From Oikopleura dioica (Eukaryota > Animalia > Chordata), in the NCBI GenBank assembly GCA_907165135.1, contig OU015566.1:14384001-14448000 (forward strand): a stretch of DNA of 64,000 nt, given 5' to 3'. This document shows positions 1 to 12,414 of the stretch, one piece after another (position 1 is the first letter of the stretch; each line of letters begins with the position of its first letter). The position numbers and the translations under genes are program-made. The notes beneath the pieces were generated by a model that was not told the origin of the DNA, searched no databases, and was given only the letters and a program-made list of their open reading frames with translations.

Positions 1-13
1 TATTTTTGATCGC

Positions 14-292
14 GTGAATTCCTCTCAGGCTGAATATGCTACTGAAAACAAAAAACTGAAAAAGGAAGTCAGAAAACTCAAAAAAGAAAATTGCGAGCTG
101 AAGAGAAAATTAGAACAACTTACAAATTGCACGATTTGCTTCGAAGAGTATGGACACGAAACTGAAAGAGCTGTGATAACTCGATGTGGTCATTCATTCT
201 GCTACCGTTGTTTAAAGTCAATGCTTCCACAATGGTGTCCTTCTTGCAGAGGTCACTTTCAGACTTCTGACATTATCAAAATCTACCTTTAA
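14..292 (+). CDS. Coiled-coil + C3HC4 RING finger protein, 3' part (5' exons probably upstream of the window)
   Basis: ORF encodes a Lys/Glu-rich heptad stretch followed by CTIC...CGHSFCYRC...CPSC, then a stop. Confidence 0.85.
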   Translation: MNSSQAEYATENKKLKKEVRKLKKENCELKRKLEQLTNCTICFEEYGHETERAVITRCGHSFCYRCLKSMLPQWCPSCRGHFQTSDIIKIYL

Positions 293-1071
293 TATGACAT
301 AAAAAATGTCCTGATTTTATCTACAAATTACTTTGATCCGCCAATAAATATCTTAAAAATCACGTTTTTGAACTGGTGATTTCGTCAGAGCAGATCCGCA
401 AATTGAATCTCCTCTTTCCAGCTCATCACTCGAAACCGGATTTGATTCAATCAGAAGCCGGATGGAACATCCGAAATCGAATATGTTCCTGGCGCGTGTT
501 TTCTACCATTTTACTTCTCCAACGCTCGTCAGATGTAAATGACGCGTTCTGAAAAATTCAAGTACCGCTCCAGTTTTTTACAACTCAAAATATCGGGTCA
601 AAAATCGAAGCGTGAAAAATTGAACAATGATCGCTCGCGGAGGCAAAACGTGCTCAAGTAGCTCAGCGGGGGATCTAATCTTATCAGATGTTTTCGAAAG
701 AGGGAATCGAAAACGCGAAATTATAGTCTTCAAAGCCAGAAACATAAGCGCCGCGAATTGAACGCAACGAATCTGATTTACTTCAATATGCACCCTTTTC
801 TGTTTACTTACCATTTGCTGACTCAGTTTTAAGGGTGTCACGAGCTAGGAAAGATTGATTTCTAAGCATTTATTTTCGTCTGTTTTCCGATTTTGTCGCG
901 ATAAAAGCCTCCTCGAATCAGGTTTTCAGGATTGGCAGAAAACTTATCGCACAAGAACCTTATCGCTAGAATGTCCGACACTTGTCCGATTTGCTTTTGG
1001 TGAATCAGTGATGAACCCAGCTGGTGGCCACGTGAGCCCCGGAAGCGAAGAGTTTTTCTTTTAGAAGGTTA

Positions 1072-1290
1072 CTTTTCATATTTCTGAAAGAAATGGTAGA
1101 AAAACGCTGTTGGCAAAAAATAGGAGAACTGCTCTTATTTATTAATTATACGATTAAGGGTGTCACTAAGCTAAATTTTATACAAAATATCTTGTTCTTG
1201 CTTTTCATATTTCAATAAATTCGTAAAAAAGCTGTTAGCAATAGGAAAACTGCTCTTATTCTATTAATGATAAGATTAAGGGTGTCACGA
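1072..1290. repeat. ~125 bp imperfect tandem duplication, each unit containing TAAGGGTGTCAC
   Basis: cttttcatatttc...gctgtt(g/a)gca...actgctcttatt...attaagggtgtcac occurs twice in tandem (motif at 1155 and 1277). Confidence 0.75.
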
Positions 1291-2640
1291 GGATATTTTT
1301 TTTCGAAAAACCTAGTTCTCAGCATCTTCCTATTTTTATTTTCAAACAAACATGAGAAAATATACGTGTATCCGCCGGCTGATCATGTTCATTTTGCCTT
1401 GAGAGTAGATCTGATTTATTACAGTAATGATTTTAGTCGGCGACGAATTGACCAAATCAATTCCGCTCTCTCAATTTTCAATTTTCGAGCCTCGTCACTG
1501 CGAATTTGTTTTGAAGGCAGAATCAGTTTGAAACCAAAGCAGTTTTTAATGTAGAAACAGCTTTATCAACATAATCCACAATCAAGAAAATCAAAAAGGA
1601 GTGGTCATTTTTTTATCTTAGAGGAGCGAGGCTTGTTGCGTAAAAGCTCGGAAAAGCTCGATATTGATCGGGAAATTAGAATGTCACGTTGACTTCCAAA
1701 GCTGGAGAAAATCTTTTGACTCGCTATTTTTTAAAGAAAGTCGCTTTCAAAAAACACTGAAAAAGGCAAATTTATAGTTCTTAGCGCGGCTCAAAGTTAC
1801 TAATAAGTTCTCATTTCGCGCCAGAGAAACGTGTTTTAGCTGAAAATTATGCTTCAAAAAACCGTGTCTTTCGAAAATTACCGCTCTAGAAAAACGTCTT
1901 TAGAAGTTATAAGACGCGTGTTCCATTAGAACACAGAAGCAATGCGCAGTTATTCGCAAATGCGGCTAAACAAAAATCTCTCTTCTTCGAAAAAGACCTT
2001 AATTATGCAAAACTGAATTTATTAAACAATACTGGAGAAAGCGGCTGATTTGTTTTTTTCTCGCGCGGGAAAGAAAATGCATTTTTGATGAAAAGCAAAG
2101 ATCAATTTTAAGCGGCGCCTGGGGCACTGTGCCTTAATCTTTTCACAGAAAAAGTTAAGAGGAGTAAAGAAAATGAGGTTTTCTGAAGACGAAAGGTTTT
2201 AAAAAGGTAAAAATCTCGCAAAAAACGGGGTTTAAGCTGCTTTTTTAAGGGCTTCCCTCTTTTAACATTAGTTTGTTCTCTTTTGTCTAGAATTATAAGA
2301 AAAACAGATCTGTTAATTGAGTTTTATAAATTTAATAAAGGTAACAATTAAAATTAAGGAAAACAAAAAAATTAAGCTTATTCCAGAATAGAACTGCTTT
2401 TCCACAAAATATTATTAGGAGCTCGCACGTGACAGCTTTTGCAGCTCGTTGAGCTCCACTTTTGGAGCGATTTATTCACCTTAAGAGCGTGCCGTCTAAA
2501 TTATCGAGAATCACGGTCTCAGATTTTGGAAATATTGCGCTAGGGATACGCGAGAAATTTTATTAGACGGATTAATGTATATTCACGAAGAGAGCAGAAA
2601 CTGCGGAATTAAGAATTTGAAGCTTTTTGGAAGGAAAGAA

Positions 2641-3594
2641 TCAGAATATTTTTTTGATCTGAGAATCTGTAAAGCCTTTTCGACATTTTGGACAGGTTTT
2701 TGGGTTCAAAGAGGTCAAACAAGAAATGCAAAATGAATGAAAACAGGTCACGATGCAGGCTTGTTGATGTTCCTCGCCATATTTTTCGAAGCAAACTCCA
2801 CAGGATAGCCCATCATCACTGTTGGCTGGAGTTTTCTCCTCTAAGAATTGAATTGTTATACCGTATAAGTTATACGGTATAACTTATACGATTGGAAAAG
2901 AGATAACATTCATACCAGTTTTACCGAGCGTCTGTTTGATTGCTTTTAATTTTTTGACAGTCAATTCAAGATTATTTATCGCTCTTAGCAAGTCGGTCTC
3001 TGATTTCCGGGCTTTATCGAGATTATCGCTAAGTGTTTTGATTTCTTTTGAATTTTTGTCAAGTTCTGCTTTCTTTTGTTGAAGATTCTTTTCAGCACTT
3101 GCAAGGCTTTCATTATTGTCTTTCAATTTACGAATTCTGGTGATTTCTTCGGATAGTTCTCCTGACAAAATGTGCAACTGGTTCTTTTCTGGCCACGGTA
3201 ATTCGCCTTTTACTCTTTTTACTGCTACAGACAATTTTTGAGCGAAGTCCTTTGCGTATTTCTCGCTTTTAAAGTGGAGCCCATATCTACAAGTAATTTA
3301 AGAAATCTGATTCGCGATTGAAGGCACAGCTTACATTTCTTCGTTTGCTTTCCATTGATGAAATTTTGGAGTTGCTTCATTGTAGAGCAGGTTTTCTTCG
3401 ATGACATAATCGACCGTGATCTCACACGTGCTGCTGTTTCTGCCAACAATTCGGTACTCCTGTTTCTCCGCATTTAAGAAAATAAAAACGTTGTTTTCCC
3501 GACATGAATCCATGACGATCCATTGCTGCTTATCCCTGTCGTACAAGTTGACATTCGCGACGACTTTAACTATTTCCGATCCCCAATCTGACAT
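2641..3594 (-). CDS. EVH1(WH1)-coiled coil-C3HC4 RING protein, 3 exons (3594-3335, 3286-2916, 2840-2641), 276 aa
   Basis: Two GT-AG introns (48 and 75 nt) join in phase, total 831 nt. Ena/VASP-like EVH1 (LYDRDKQQW...YRIVGR...YNEATPKFHQW...YGLHF), heptad region, then CGVC...CFHSFCISC...CPKC. Confidence 0.9.
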
Positions 3595-3901
3595 TTTTCT
3601 CTTTCACGATTTTGTGTTTCTGAAGAATCGCAAACGAATTTTATGTTTGTTTTTGGTATCTCACTACTATCTTACTTAAATATTGACAAAAATTTGAACG
3701 ACTCGTTATCTAAAAGATGAGTTGTGAGCTTCTAATGTCACTCAATAAATATTCTAGATCGTAAATTGGCACCCGCTCGTCAATTACCAAGTGCTAAGAT
3801 AAATCTGTTACGCAAAACGAGACCAAAATGTTTGCTCTGCTCTGCGCCTCGCGAAATTCCCAAGAAAACTTAATCCAAAATCAAAGGACCACCTTCTCAA
3901 A

Positions 3902-4926
3902 ATGGATTTCAAAATCAGGAAAAGAGGTCAAAAACTGGTCACCAAAATTGAGCTTATTATTTTCGAAGTTTGCAAAGTTTTGACCTGATAATTGAAGACT
4001 TATTAGAGAAGAGGAGGAAGAAGAGGTTTATGGCTACTGGAAAGATGGAATTTTGAATGATCACAAAAGAGAATCGATTCAGTATTTCACGAAGCTACTG
4101 TCAGTCAGAAGCATTTTCGTTATAACAGGGTAAGTTGAGGAAAATATTTAGTCAACAAACCGTTATAGCCAATCAAAAGCCGGTGTTTGCTTTGTAAGCC
4201 AATCAAAACCCTAGACATCTATCAATTTTCTTTTCGAATAATCGATTTCTTACTGTAACTGTTCAGATTCGTGATCCCCTTTGTCTGTGGCTGCAAATTG
4301 ATTGGAACACTACTGTCATTGTTCCTGTATTACGTTTTGGTTAAAATCTCAGCGAAGTTGGGCAAAGACCAGATTCAAATTCGCGATGACATGCGGAGTA
4401 TAATCAAAAGCTATCCAGGAAGGTTTTTTGTCGTGGAGGACTCAACAAGTGCCAACAAGGAGATTTGTGCTTTCATCGCGATAAGACCTAAATTTATAGA
4501 TGGTAGCCTGTTCAATGAGATCCTTTCTTTCAGGTTTCTCCTTTTTTTTGAAATTTCAAAGCGAAAATTCAGTGTTTGCCCTGGTTACCGAAGAAGAGGG
4601 CTTGGCAGGTTGCTGCTAAAACATGTCTTTTCATTATCCTCTTGTTCCGATCGCGGGGTGTACCTGTCAACCACGTGTATGCAAGAAGCAGGAAACGGCT
4701 CTCAAGAGTCTCAACTCTAATGGTCTACAATTCGCGGTTGAAAACCACTTCCCGGAAGGAATTGAAAAGAGCATCATCGCTCAATGAAATTGCACCTTTT
4801 CGGCAGCTCTATTATGAGAAAATAGATTTGCCAAAAATAGTAGCTAATGATATTTTAAGAATCACTTTCGCGAAAAAGGATTTTCATTTAGCGGCCCGGC
4901 TTATATTTAGCAGAATAAATGTTTGA
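3902..4926 (+). CDS. NAT8/camello-like GNAT N-acetyltransferase; 3' end apparently frameshifted
   Basis: GT-AG introns 4130-4266 and 4534-4572 join in phase. Hydrophobic segment, FFVVED, acetyl-CoA motif SVCPGYRRRGLGRLL and VYLSTTCMQEA. The first intron needs a GA donor (3919). The C-terminal frame is ambiguous after ~4690. Confidence 0.75.
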
Positions 4927-5015
4927 AAAAGAAATAATCACTTTTCAACCCTTTGCTGTTATTTTAAGCCTTGAGAGCTTATATAAGTGTTATTTTGATA
5001 TTTTTTTTAAAACTG

Positions 5016-5210
5016 CCGAAAGATGGCGCTTTTTTAAACTCCCAGCCAATCAAAACATTTTTTCTTGAAGCTCGATTTTGAGTCAAAAGCCAATGAAATA
5101 TTCTTATTGGTCGAAAAACTAAAGAGTAAGTATTTTCTCACTCGATTTCGAGCACACTAAAAACAGGTTTTTGATTGGCTGTCAATTTGAAAAAGCGCCA
5201 TCTTCCGGTC
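5016..5210. mobile_element. MITE-like element with ~40 bp imperfect terminal inverted repeats (AAGATGGCGC-N16/17-CCAATC family)
   Basis: gccgaaagatggcgctttttt..agccaatcaaaac at the left pairs with gtttttgattggctg..aaaaagcgccatcttccgg at the right. Confidence 0.75.
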
Positions 5211-6440
5211 AAATTTTTTTTTCTTTTCGATAATTAATTTGACATGTTTTTGAAGCCATTGAAAAGCACTGAATTTATACCGAAAAATGGGTTTCTCCGA
5301 GACGATGGTAGATTGGACTGATTGGGTACAAGTTCAGACTATCATCAGGTAAGTTTCTCCTGCTTCGGCTTATGCGCTCTATCAGTTCTTTCGTTTTTTA
5401 ATTTGGTTGCGCAAGTTGTTTTCTCAACACAAGTTTTAGCTACTTTATCTGCAAATACATTCTCGTCCTGCGAATTCATCAATTCATCCTGCCTCTACAA
5501 AAACTGCGATTGCATTATTCTTTCGACTAAAAAATCGACTAATAAAGCCAGTTTTAAAATTTTCAATTTACAATTTTTTTTCGCGGAAAAGCGATAAAAA
5601 ACGTTGCAATCCAAAAATCCGTCCCTTCGCGTCCTTCTGCCCACTTGGCGCACCCTTTTCCTGAGAAAAAAGAAGCAGTGGCGAATTTTTCACGCGATTA
5701 CACGAAATTCCGCTCGAGAAAGAAAGCGAGAATTATTCAATCATCAAAAGTGGTAATGATGGAATTAATTATGAAAGGCTTCTTGCGCAGGCTAATTGGC
5801 CGCACGGGTGTCTTGCGGGGACGAGAAATGGGGGACCAGGGTGGGGAATACCTGAAGAGATCACGTGGTCGAAGCGGGTGAGAAAATTCGAAGGGTTGAG
5901 GTTGCTTAGTTAGCGATTAGATCGAAGCGGCTTTTGGGCGGGGAAATTAATAAATAATGAAAAAGCAAAATGATGGAAAAATGAGTAATCGATTTGAAAA
6001 AAGAAAATTTTGAGCTGAGTGAACCTTCTAACCCGGGTTCTCGTGGCGTCCGCTCACTTTGCCGCGTCGTTTGTGACGAGTTCTGGCCATCTGGCGCGAT
6101 TGGAATTTGGAATGGTGACCCGGCGCTGCGAGATTTGGATTTTAAGAAACCTCAAGAATCTCGCAGTTGGCATCATTAGAACGCTCTTTCCTTTCTGGAG
6201 CGCGGAAGACAGGGGCCAGGGCAGGAACGTGTTCTGAGGCTTTCGGCTCGAATCCATCAGCTCAAATGGCTCCGAGCTGCACTTGAGCAAACCCATCCAG
6301 AAGGATTAGCCCAAATGCTCATGAAATATGCACCTGTAATCACATCAATCCCAAACTACCAGTCATTTTTAGATGAACTTATCCGAAACCGGTCATAAAC
6401 CTTTTTTCGATAGATACCGCGACTCTGATTTTTCACTTGT

Positions 6441-6642
6441 TAATTTTCGCTAGAATACTGACTCATACAATTGAAGAATTTCGGCTCAAAATCGAGAAGC
6501 AGCTTGTGGTTTCCAGCAAAAAATAGACGGAAAAGCCGCGGTTCGCGCGGCTTAATACTTACCTTACTCGTAGCCGCAAGCGGCTTCTCGATTTTGAGCC
6601 GAAATTTTGGCTTTGTATGAATTTGAATTTTAGCGAAAATTA
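6441..6642. mobile_element. TA-flanked MITE-like fold-back element
   Basis: taattttcgcta / tagcgaaaatta at the ends, plus aatttcggctcaaaatcgagaagc / gcttctcgattttgagccgaaatt inner arms. Confidence 0.7.
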
Positions 6643-7879
6643 GCCAGTCAAAAATCTGAAGCGCGAAACTAATAATAAAAAAAAAATCGCGAATAACGAC
6701 GTCTACTCCCTTAAATTTTTTTGTCTTCTTTAGTTCTTATTATGCAGCGTCCTCGAGATATCCGCCACTTTAACCGCCGTCCAGGTAAGCGGCTCTCAGA
6801 AAGCACAAGTCTGATTAGCGCCTAAAGGACTAAAAGCCCGAAATTATCAAAAAACGCAAATATTCGCAAACAGCCGCTTCAACTTGCAATTATTCGCAGT
6901 GTTACTTGAATTCGCCGAATTACGGAGAATTTCAACGTGCTCTGATGATGCGTATCAGTTCTTACACGCCGTTACGGAAAATTCGAGTCAGAAATATTGA
7001 AGTACCGGAAAAAGGGAAATCCGGACATAATTTTGAACACGAACAAGTTAATTTAAGATTATCTGAACATTTCAATGCAGAAGGCGCCCGTTTTAACGAA
7101 GAAATCTTTAGTAAGATTATTGAATTTGGCGACTAGAATCAATGTTTTTCGCCGTGAGAATGTCTTAGCTAACAAAATCAGTGTAAATGTTTGAACGAAA
7201 GTATTTAGCATTAGAGTACTCGTGAGAGCAGTGTGTTGCGGCCAACACCACTAAAATGGAACGAGACAAGAGGACAAAGTGCTAACGCAATTTCGAACAC
7301 GTACACTCTTATTTCGCCAGCACAAGAAAAGTGACGTCGCGCGAAAATCACTCTTCGCGGAAATTTCTAATACTCCAGAAATTTACAAGTCAAAGAAAAA
7401 AAATGAGCAAAGAAAGACCTTCCTTTTGAACTCGGCCTTCTGATTGGTCGAAGGCGGACAAAAGCGCCATCTTCTGGAATCTTTCTCATAAAAAGACACT
7501 TCTTCATGAATTTGACTCAAAACGACTGTAATTGCTCGAAGATGGGAAAAAAATTTGGATTTCCGCGATAAACGTTCTTTTTAAAATGCCGATCAAAGTT
7601 TCACGAAATTCCAAAATCGCCGCTATCTTCCCCCTTTCGTCCAGGTTCCATTTCCTTTATCAAAAGAAACGATTCGTTCCCGTGAAAGCTGTTTTTTCTT
7701 CTGGTCAGGGCGGTGGCTTGACCACACGGTTCGATTCGGGGGGATTTCTGTTTTCCCTTGAGTTTTCGCGTTACGAACGAATTATTTTCAGATGCGGTCA
7801 GATTCAAATCTCTAGCCAGCGGATTCGTTTCTCATCCCCGATCAAAAAACTCAGTAGAGATTTCGACAAATTTTTCTCA

Positions 7880-7995
7880 GAAATTTTCAGCCAATCAGAA
7901 GCCTGGATTCATAAAACCGGCGAATCAGCAGCCGAGTAGCCGCCCACGCAAAATTTGTCAAAATTTTTTGTCGGTTTCTGACGCCACCCCGATTT
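7880..7995. repeat. Dispersed ~120 bp repeat unit (reverse copy of the units at 14822-15050)
   Basis: cagccaatcagaagcctggattc...cagccgagtagccgcccacgcaaaattt...tttgtcggtt...gacgccacccc is the reverse complement of the 14.8-15.0 kb units. Confidence 0.75.
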
Positions 7996-8039
7996 TCCAG
8001 CAGACTTTGAATTTGTCTCTAGAATAGATAGATACAGTA

Positions 8040-8262
8040 CAGTCAGGTCTTGCAATTGCGCGAACTGCGATTGCGCGGTTTTTGGCGAAAATCCCGAAAA
8101 TTTTTGCATTTTCCTAAAATCCTTTTTTTGATTGTAAAAAGAAAAGAGGCGAAAAAAGTCAATAAAATTGTCCCATTTTCAAAAAAAATTGACGGCTTGC
8201 AATTACGTGGTTTTTGGCGAAAATCCCGAAAAATAAAACCGCGCATTTGCAAGACCTGACTG
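8040..8262. mobile_element. Tc1/mariner-type MITE (223 bp)
   Basis: TA|CAGTCAGGTCTTGCAA...TTGCAAGACCTGACTG|TA: perfect 16 bp TIR (about 23 bp with one mismatch) and TA target duplication. Internal direct repeat ggtttttggcgaaaatcccgaaaa occurs twice. Confidence 0.9.
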
Positions 8263-8754
8263 TAATCCTCTTCTATTTCGATAAAAGCTCCGCGGAAAAA
8301 GTTATCAGTTCACGGTAAATTACAAAAAAGTCTCGCCACGTGGTATAATAAATGATCAGCTAGGCACCTGTCCGCGGGACTAAGAGATTATAGGACAATC
8401 TGTCGATTGATCCGCCCTGGCTCATCCGCCAAATCGAGAGATTAGTTGTGAACATTTAGAAAGAGCATCCCCCTAAGCTTTTGTTTGAACATCGCTTTTT
8501 GCAAAACTCCGTTTTTTTAGAAACTCTCACACTTAGAGGTCGAAAAAGACGGTGCTTAGAAAACGAAAATTCTAATTGATAGCTTCTGAGGCTCATCAAA
8601 TTAGCTGTTGCCAACCACAGTTGTTGAGACTTGAGAGCTTTTACTAGGATTTGAAAAGTGCCATTACAAACTCGTTAGAGGAGGAAAACAACTACTCGGT
8701 GATTTTTTCTTGCCACCGCAGAAAAGGTTCATTTCTCTCGTTTTTCTCCTGGAA

Positions 8755-8900
8755 AGGAATCCAGGCTTCTGATTGGCCGGTTTTCTGAATCCAAGCTTTT
8801 GATTCGCCGGCTTTATGATTCCTAGCTTCTGATTGGCTGGCTTTATGAATTCTTGCTTCTGATTGGCTTGGTTTATGAACTCAGGCTTCTGATTGGCTGA
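8755..8900. repeat. 30 bp minisatellite (~5 units) carrying a CCAAT box per unit
   Basis: Units resemble gaatccaggcttctgattggccggttttct, repeated with divergence. Confidence 0.85.
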
Positions 8901-11900
8901 AACAAAAATAAAAGCGCCATCTTTCGACCAATTCTTTTGAAATGATGGTTAAACCAAGCAAGTTACCCGTAATCGCGATAAAATTCTCGGAAGCATCGCC
9001 TCCCTAATTGCGCCCTTCGATGATTTTCTTCGGATATACATAAATCTACTCCGCTCTCAAAAATTAGCGCCCTTATCGCTTATCGCTTACTTCGCTGCTT
9101 TTTAGAAACAAGCACTTTAGCGAGCGAAAACGCCGGAAAAAACGCTGCCGATCTACGTCTCCGACTCGGCGTAGATGATCTTTCCGAGAGTAAACCTTCC
9201 GAATCCGTTTTGTGAGCGGTAATTCACGAGAATTAAGAAATTGAAATTGGCGGAAATTATTTTGTTATGGCATCGAATTCAATTGATGTATTCTTCTTAT
9301 TCAATATTTGCTCGAAAAAAGAGAGTTTTCTTTTTGGAAAATTTGAAAATTTTTCTAATAAATCTTCATGTCTTCTTTGAACCGCGCGGTTATTCATGAA
9401 AGCTCATTCTTCGACCAATTGGCAATCATTTTCAATTGTCCTTCTTGTTCTTCATAACGAAGCAAGTGGACTTGAAAATGGAACGTACTCGGTGAAGAAT
9501 GAGCAATTCTGCTTTTCTGGGAAACGGCACGGAGACACTTACGTTTCCCTTTTACGCAATAACGCGCTCGCATAATTCATAATCATGAGTATCCGCCACG
9601 TTAGCAAGCCTTGAAGGGCGCAAAGCAGTGGCCCTTTTCTTTTTCTAAACAATTTTTGACACTTTCAATGACAAAAATGAGCACTTTTTGAACACTTCTT
9701 TTTTCGAAAAAATGACAATTTTGCCGGAAGAGGGCGCTTTTTTACCAGTTTTTGACCTATCAGAAAGCATTATTCAATTAAACATTTGTGCATGTTTTCT
9801 GGTTGAACTTTTTGCCAAAAATCTGGATCAAAAATAAAAACGAGGTCGAAGATAGAAGATTCTAAAAAACCTAACAGGGTCAAACGAAATCTTCTTTAGT
9901 TCGGTTCGAAGTAATCTAAAAGCGTTTTCGGAGAAAGTGAGTAAATTAGTGTTTTTTGGTTTCCGTTGGAGACCTTGCGCGATTTTCGCGGGCAGCAGGG
10001 TCCAGATGCCGCCGATCACGTGTTTCTACTTTCTAATCGCTTGCGTCTTCGCGTTCACACGTTCTATCCGTCTACTAGACATTTTAACGTTTTCGTCAAT
10101 GTCAATTCTTTGATTAATCGACGTGTCAGCAAATAAAGCAGCTTGATTATTTGAAATTTCTGTCTGTAAAAAAATTCAATTTCTGTCTCTTAGAAAGCGC
10201 ATCAAATTTCAAAATTCCAGCTGCAAGAAATGATCAAAATTTCAGCTGATGAATTTCGCGAGCAAGAGCCCGCATAACTCTGATATAAACTGCTTTTTAT
10301 CTTCCTCGCTTGTGAATGTAACATCGTTTCCAATCGTTTCCAAATAGTTATCAATTCTGTTCTCCGAAAGCGGCGAGTTCTAACGGCGCGTTTATCAGAA
10401 TATGCATCGACAGTACCAAAATGTTCGCTCGATAAGGCGCGAAGAAACTAGCCGCCCGCCGGATGAGAAATTGACGGCGACAAGGTTCTAAATACGCGTG
10501 CACTTGTTTTTAAGAAGCAAGAAACTCTTCATCATTTTTTAAGTTAAAAATCATCCAAAAATTAATTTCTTTTTCTTTTTTTCGGCCTAAGAGCAATTTT
10601 CCTGGTATTTATGATTAACACCATTCCTTAGTAAAAAACAGAAATCGGTTCACTTTATAAATCAGTTTTCTGAATGACTTTTCTGTTTCACTGTTTATTT
10701 TGCGGGGTCTTTAAAGATGTTGTCTCCCAAAATGCGCGAGTTGAACCGTTCCAGGCAATTTGTACCATTTGGTGATGTGAAAACACGACCTGATGTGTCC
10801 GAAAACAACGCAAAAAAAAGATGCCTTGGGAAGAAAAATTTATAAAGCAATTAGTTTTTAATTAACGATTTTTTATTCAATTTTTCGGAAAATTATCGAT
10901 GCTGCCTCGACTTTCAATCAGTTTTTGCAAAATTTTAGTAAGTTTTTTTTCTTATGTCAAATTTAACGATGTGATACCCTTATTTTTTATCGCCAAAAAG
11001 GAGTAAATCTAACTGAGTGCGAGTAAATCCGGTTAAAATTGCGAAATGAGCGCGTTTTGTTTTGGTATTTAGGCTTGTCTAATTCGTTATCTTGCGAGTA
11101 TCAGGTGAGCTCGTGACGAGAACCCAGCCGTTGTCGCACCTTCGATAACGGCTCAGAGGAGGAACACAAAACACAAAGCGCCTTATCGACCCTAAAGGGG
11201 ACGTGGCCGCTGAATACCAAATCCGAGCTTGACACTTTATCGAAGTAAAGAAAACAAGATAAATCTTATATTTCGAAAGAGTAATTATATGATATAATTT
11301 ATATCCAAATATTTTTTGATATTTATTTTGCTAAGAATTTTTTGATAAAATTCTTGGAGTTGTCTTTTTCGGAAGTTTTCTGGATGACGCAAGTTTATTA
11401 GGCGCACGTCAGATCGCGCAAACGCTTCTTGCTGGAGCTCTCTCTCTTCGGTCAGCTCATTCTAGCGCTCCGTACAAGTGTACTTTTTTACGCAAGAGAC
11501 GCGTCGTAGCCCGCGCGTTCGATCATGATCGACGATCTTTTTAGTCGCCGCCTCGATTTTTCATCGCATAACTTTGAGACATTCCAGCCAGCTTTCAATT
11601 CACACAAGAAATTTTTGATGCATCACCGAAATTCATCAATAAACTTGCATTTACCCTCGCCAAAATTTAAGGGTATCATAACGAAAAAAAATCTGAGCTC
11701 AGTGACCTGTCTCAAAACCTGAGTCAGGCCCCTGAGTTACCGGAAAAGCCGCATCGGAATCCTGACTCAGGTTTCTACATAGGTTTTTGAGCTAAGAAAA
11801 CAAATTTGAGTTTTGAAAAAACCATAGAAAGTCAAAAAAAGACGTGTTAGTGCCCATTTTTCTCCAAAAAACAAGCGCAAAGAACAGATAACTCGACTCG

Positions 11901-12414
11901 TTGTAAAGATAAGATATTGTTCCAACCCCTTTTCAACCCTCATTTGTTTGAGGATCAATAATCGGACTCTAGGGGCGTTTAATCGATCTTGGTCATTATT
12001 ATAGCTTCAAATTCTGAAGATCAAAACTTCTTTATTTGAAAAAATGGGCCAAAATAATCATCTTCAGAATCGCTCTAAAAACTCGTGACGGAACTCAAAG
12101 CTGTTTCTAACACGATAGTTCATCCTCTGGTTTCTTTGGTTGATCCGCTGGTGATCCTGCATTGAGCCCTTAGCACTATCATTTCTTTTCGCGAAATGAA
12201 GTCATCATTTCCCTTTTCACGGAAGCTTCGGTCGGCCGACACGTGATCATTTTCCCACAAAAAAGAAAGCGCGTCTTTTAGAAACTAGTTAACGGATCAG
12301 AACAGAACGCAAGAATCGCGCGGATTCGCGTTTAGTGGTCGACTCAAGACAGTTAATTTTTCGAGCAATTAACACTTTTTTTTCTAGAATCGCTTAGTCG
12401 ATAATTTTAATATT

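Noticed and set aside
5780-6400. Protein-like ORF fragments on the + strand
   Set aside because: Interrupted by stops, with no recognisable domain or consistent splice model; possibly a decayed gene or element.
8755-8900. Regularly spaced repeats resembling a CRISPR array
   Set aside because: Contiguous 30 bp tandem units without unique spacers, eukaryotic context, no cas genes.
10242-10379. Possible isolated coding exon on the - strand (NSPLSENRIDNYLETIG...)
   Set aside because: Only 45 codons, with no partner exons or motif found.
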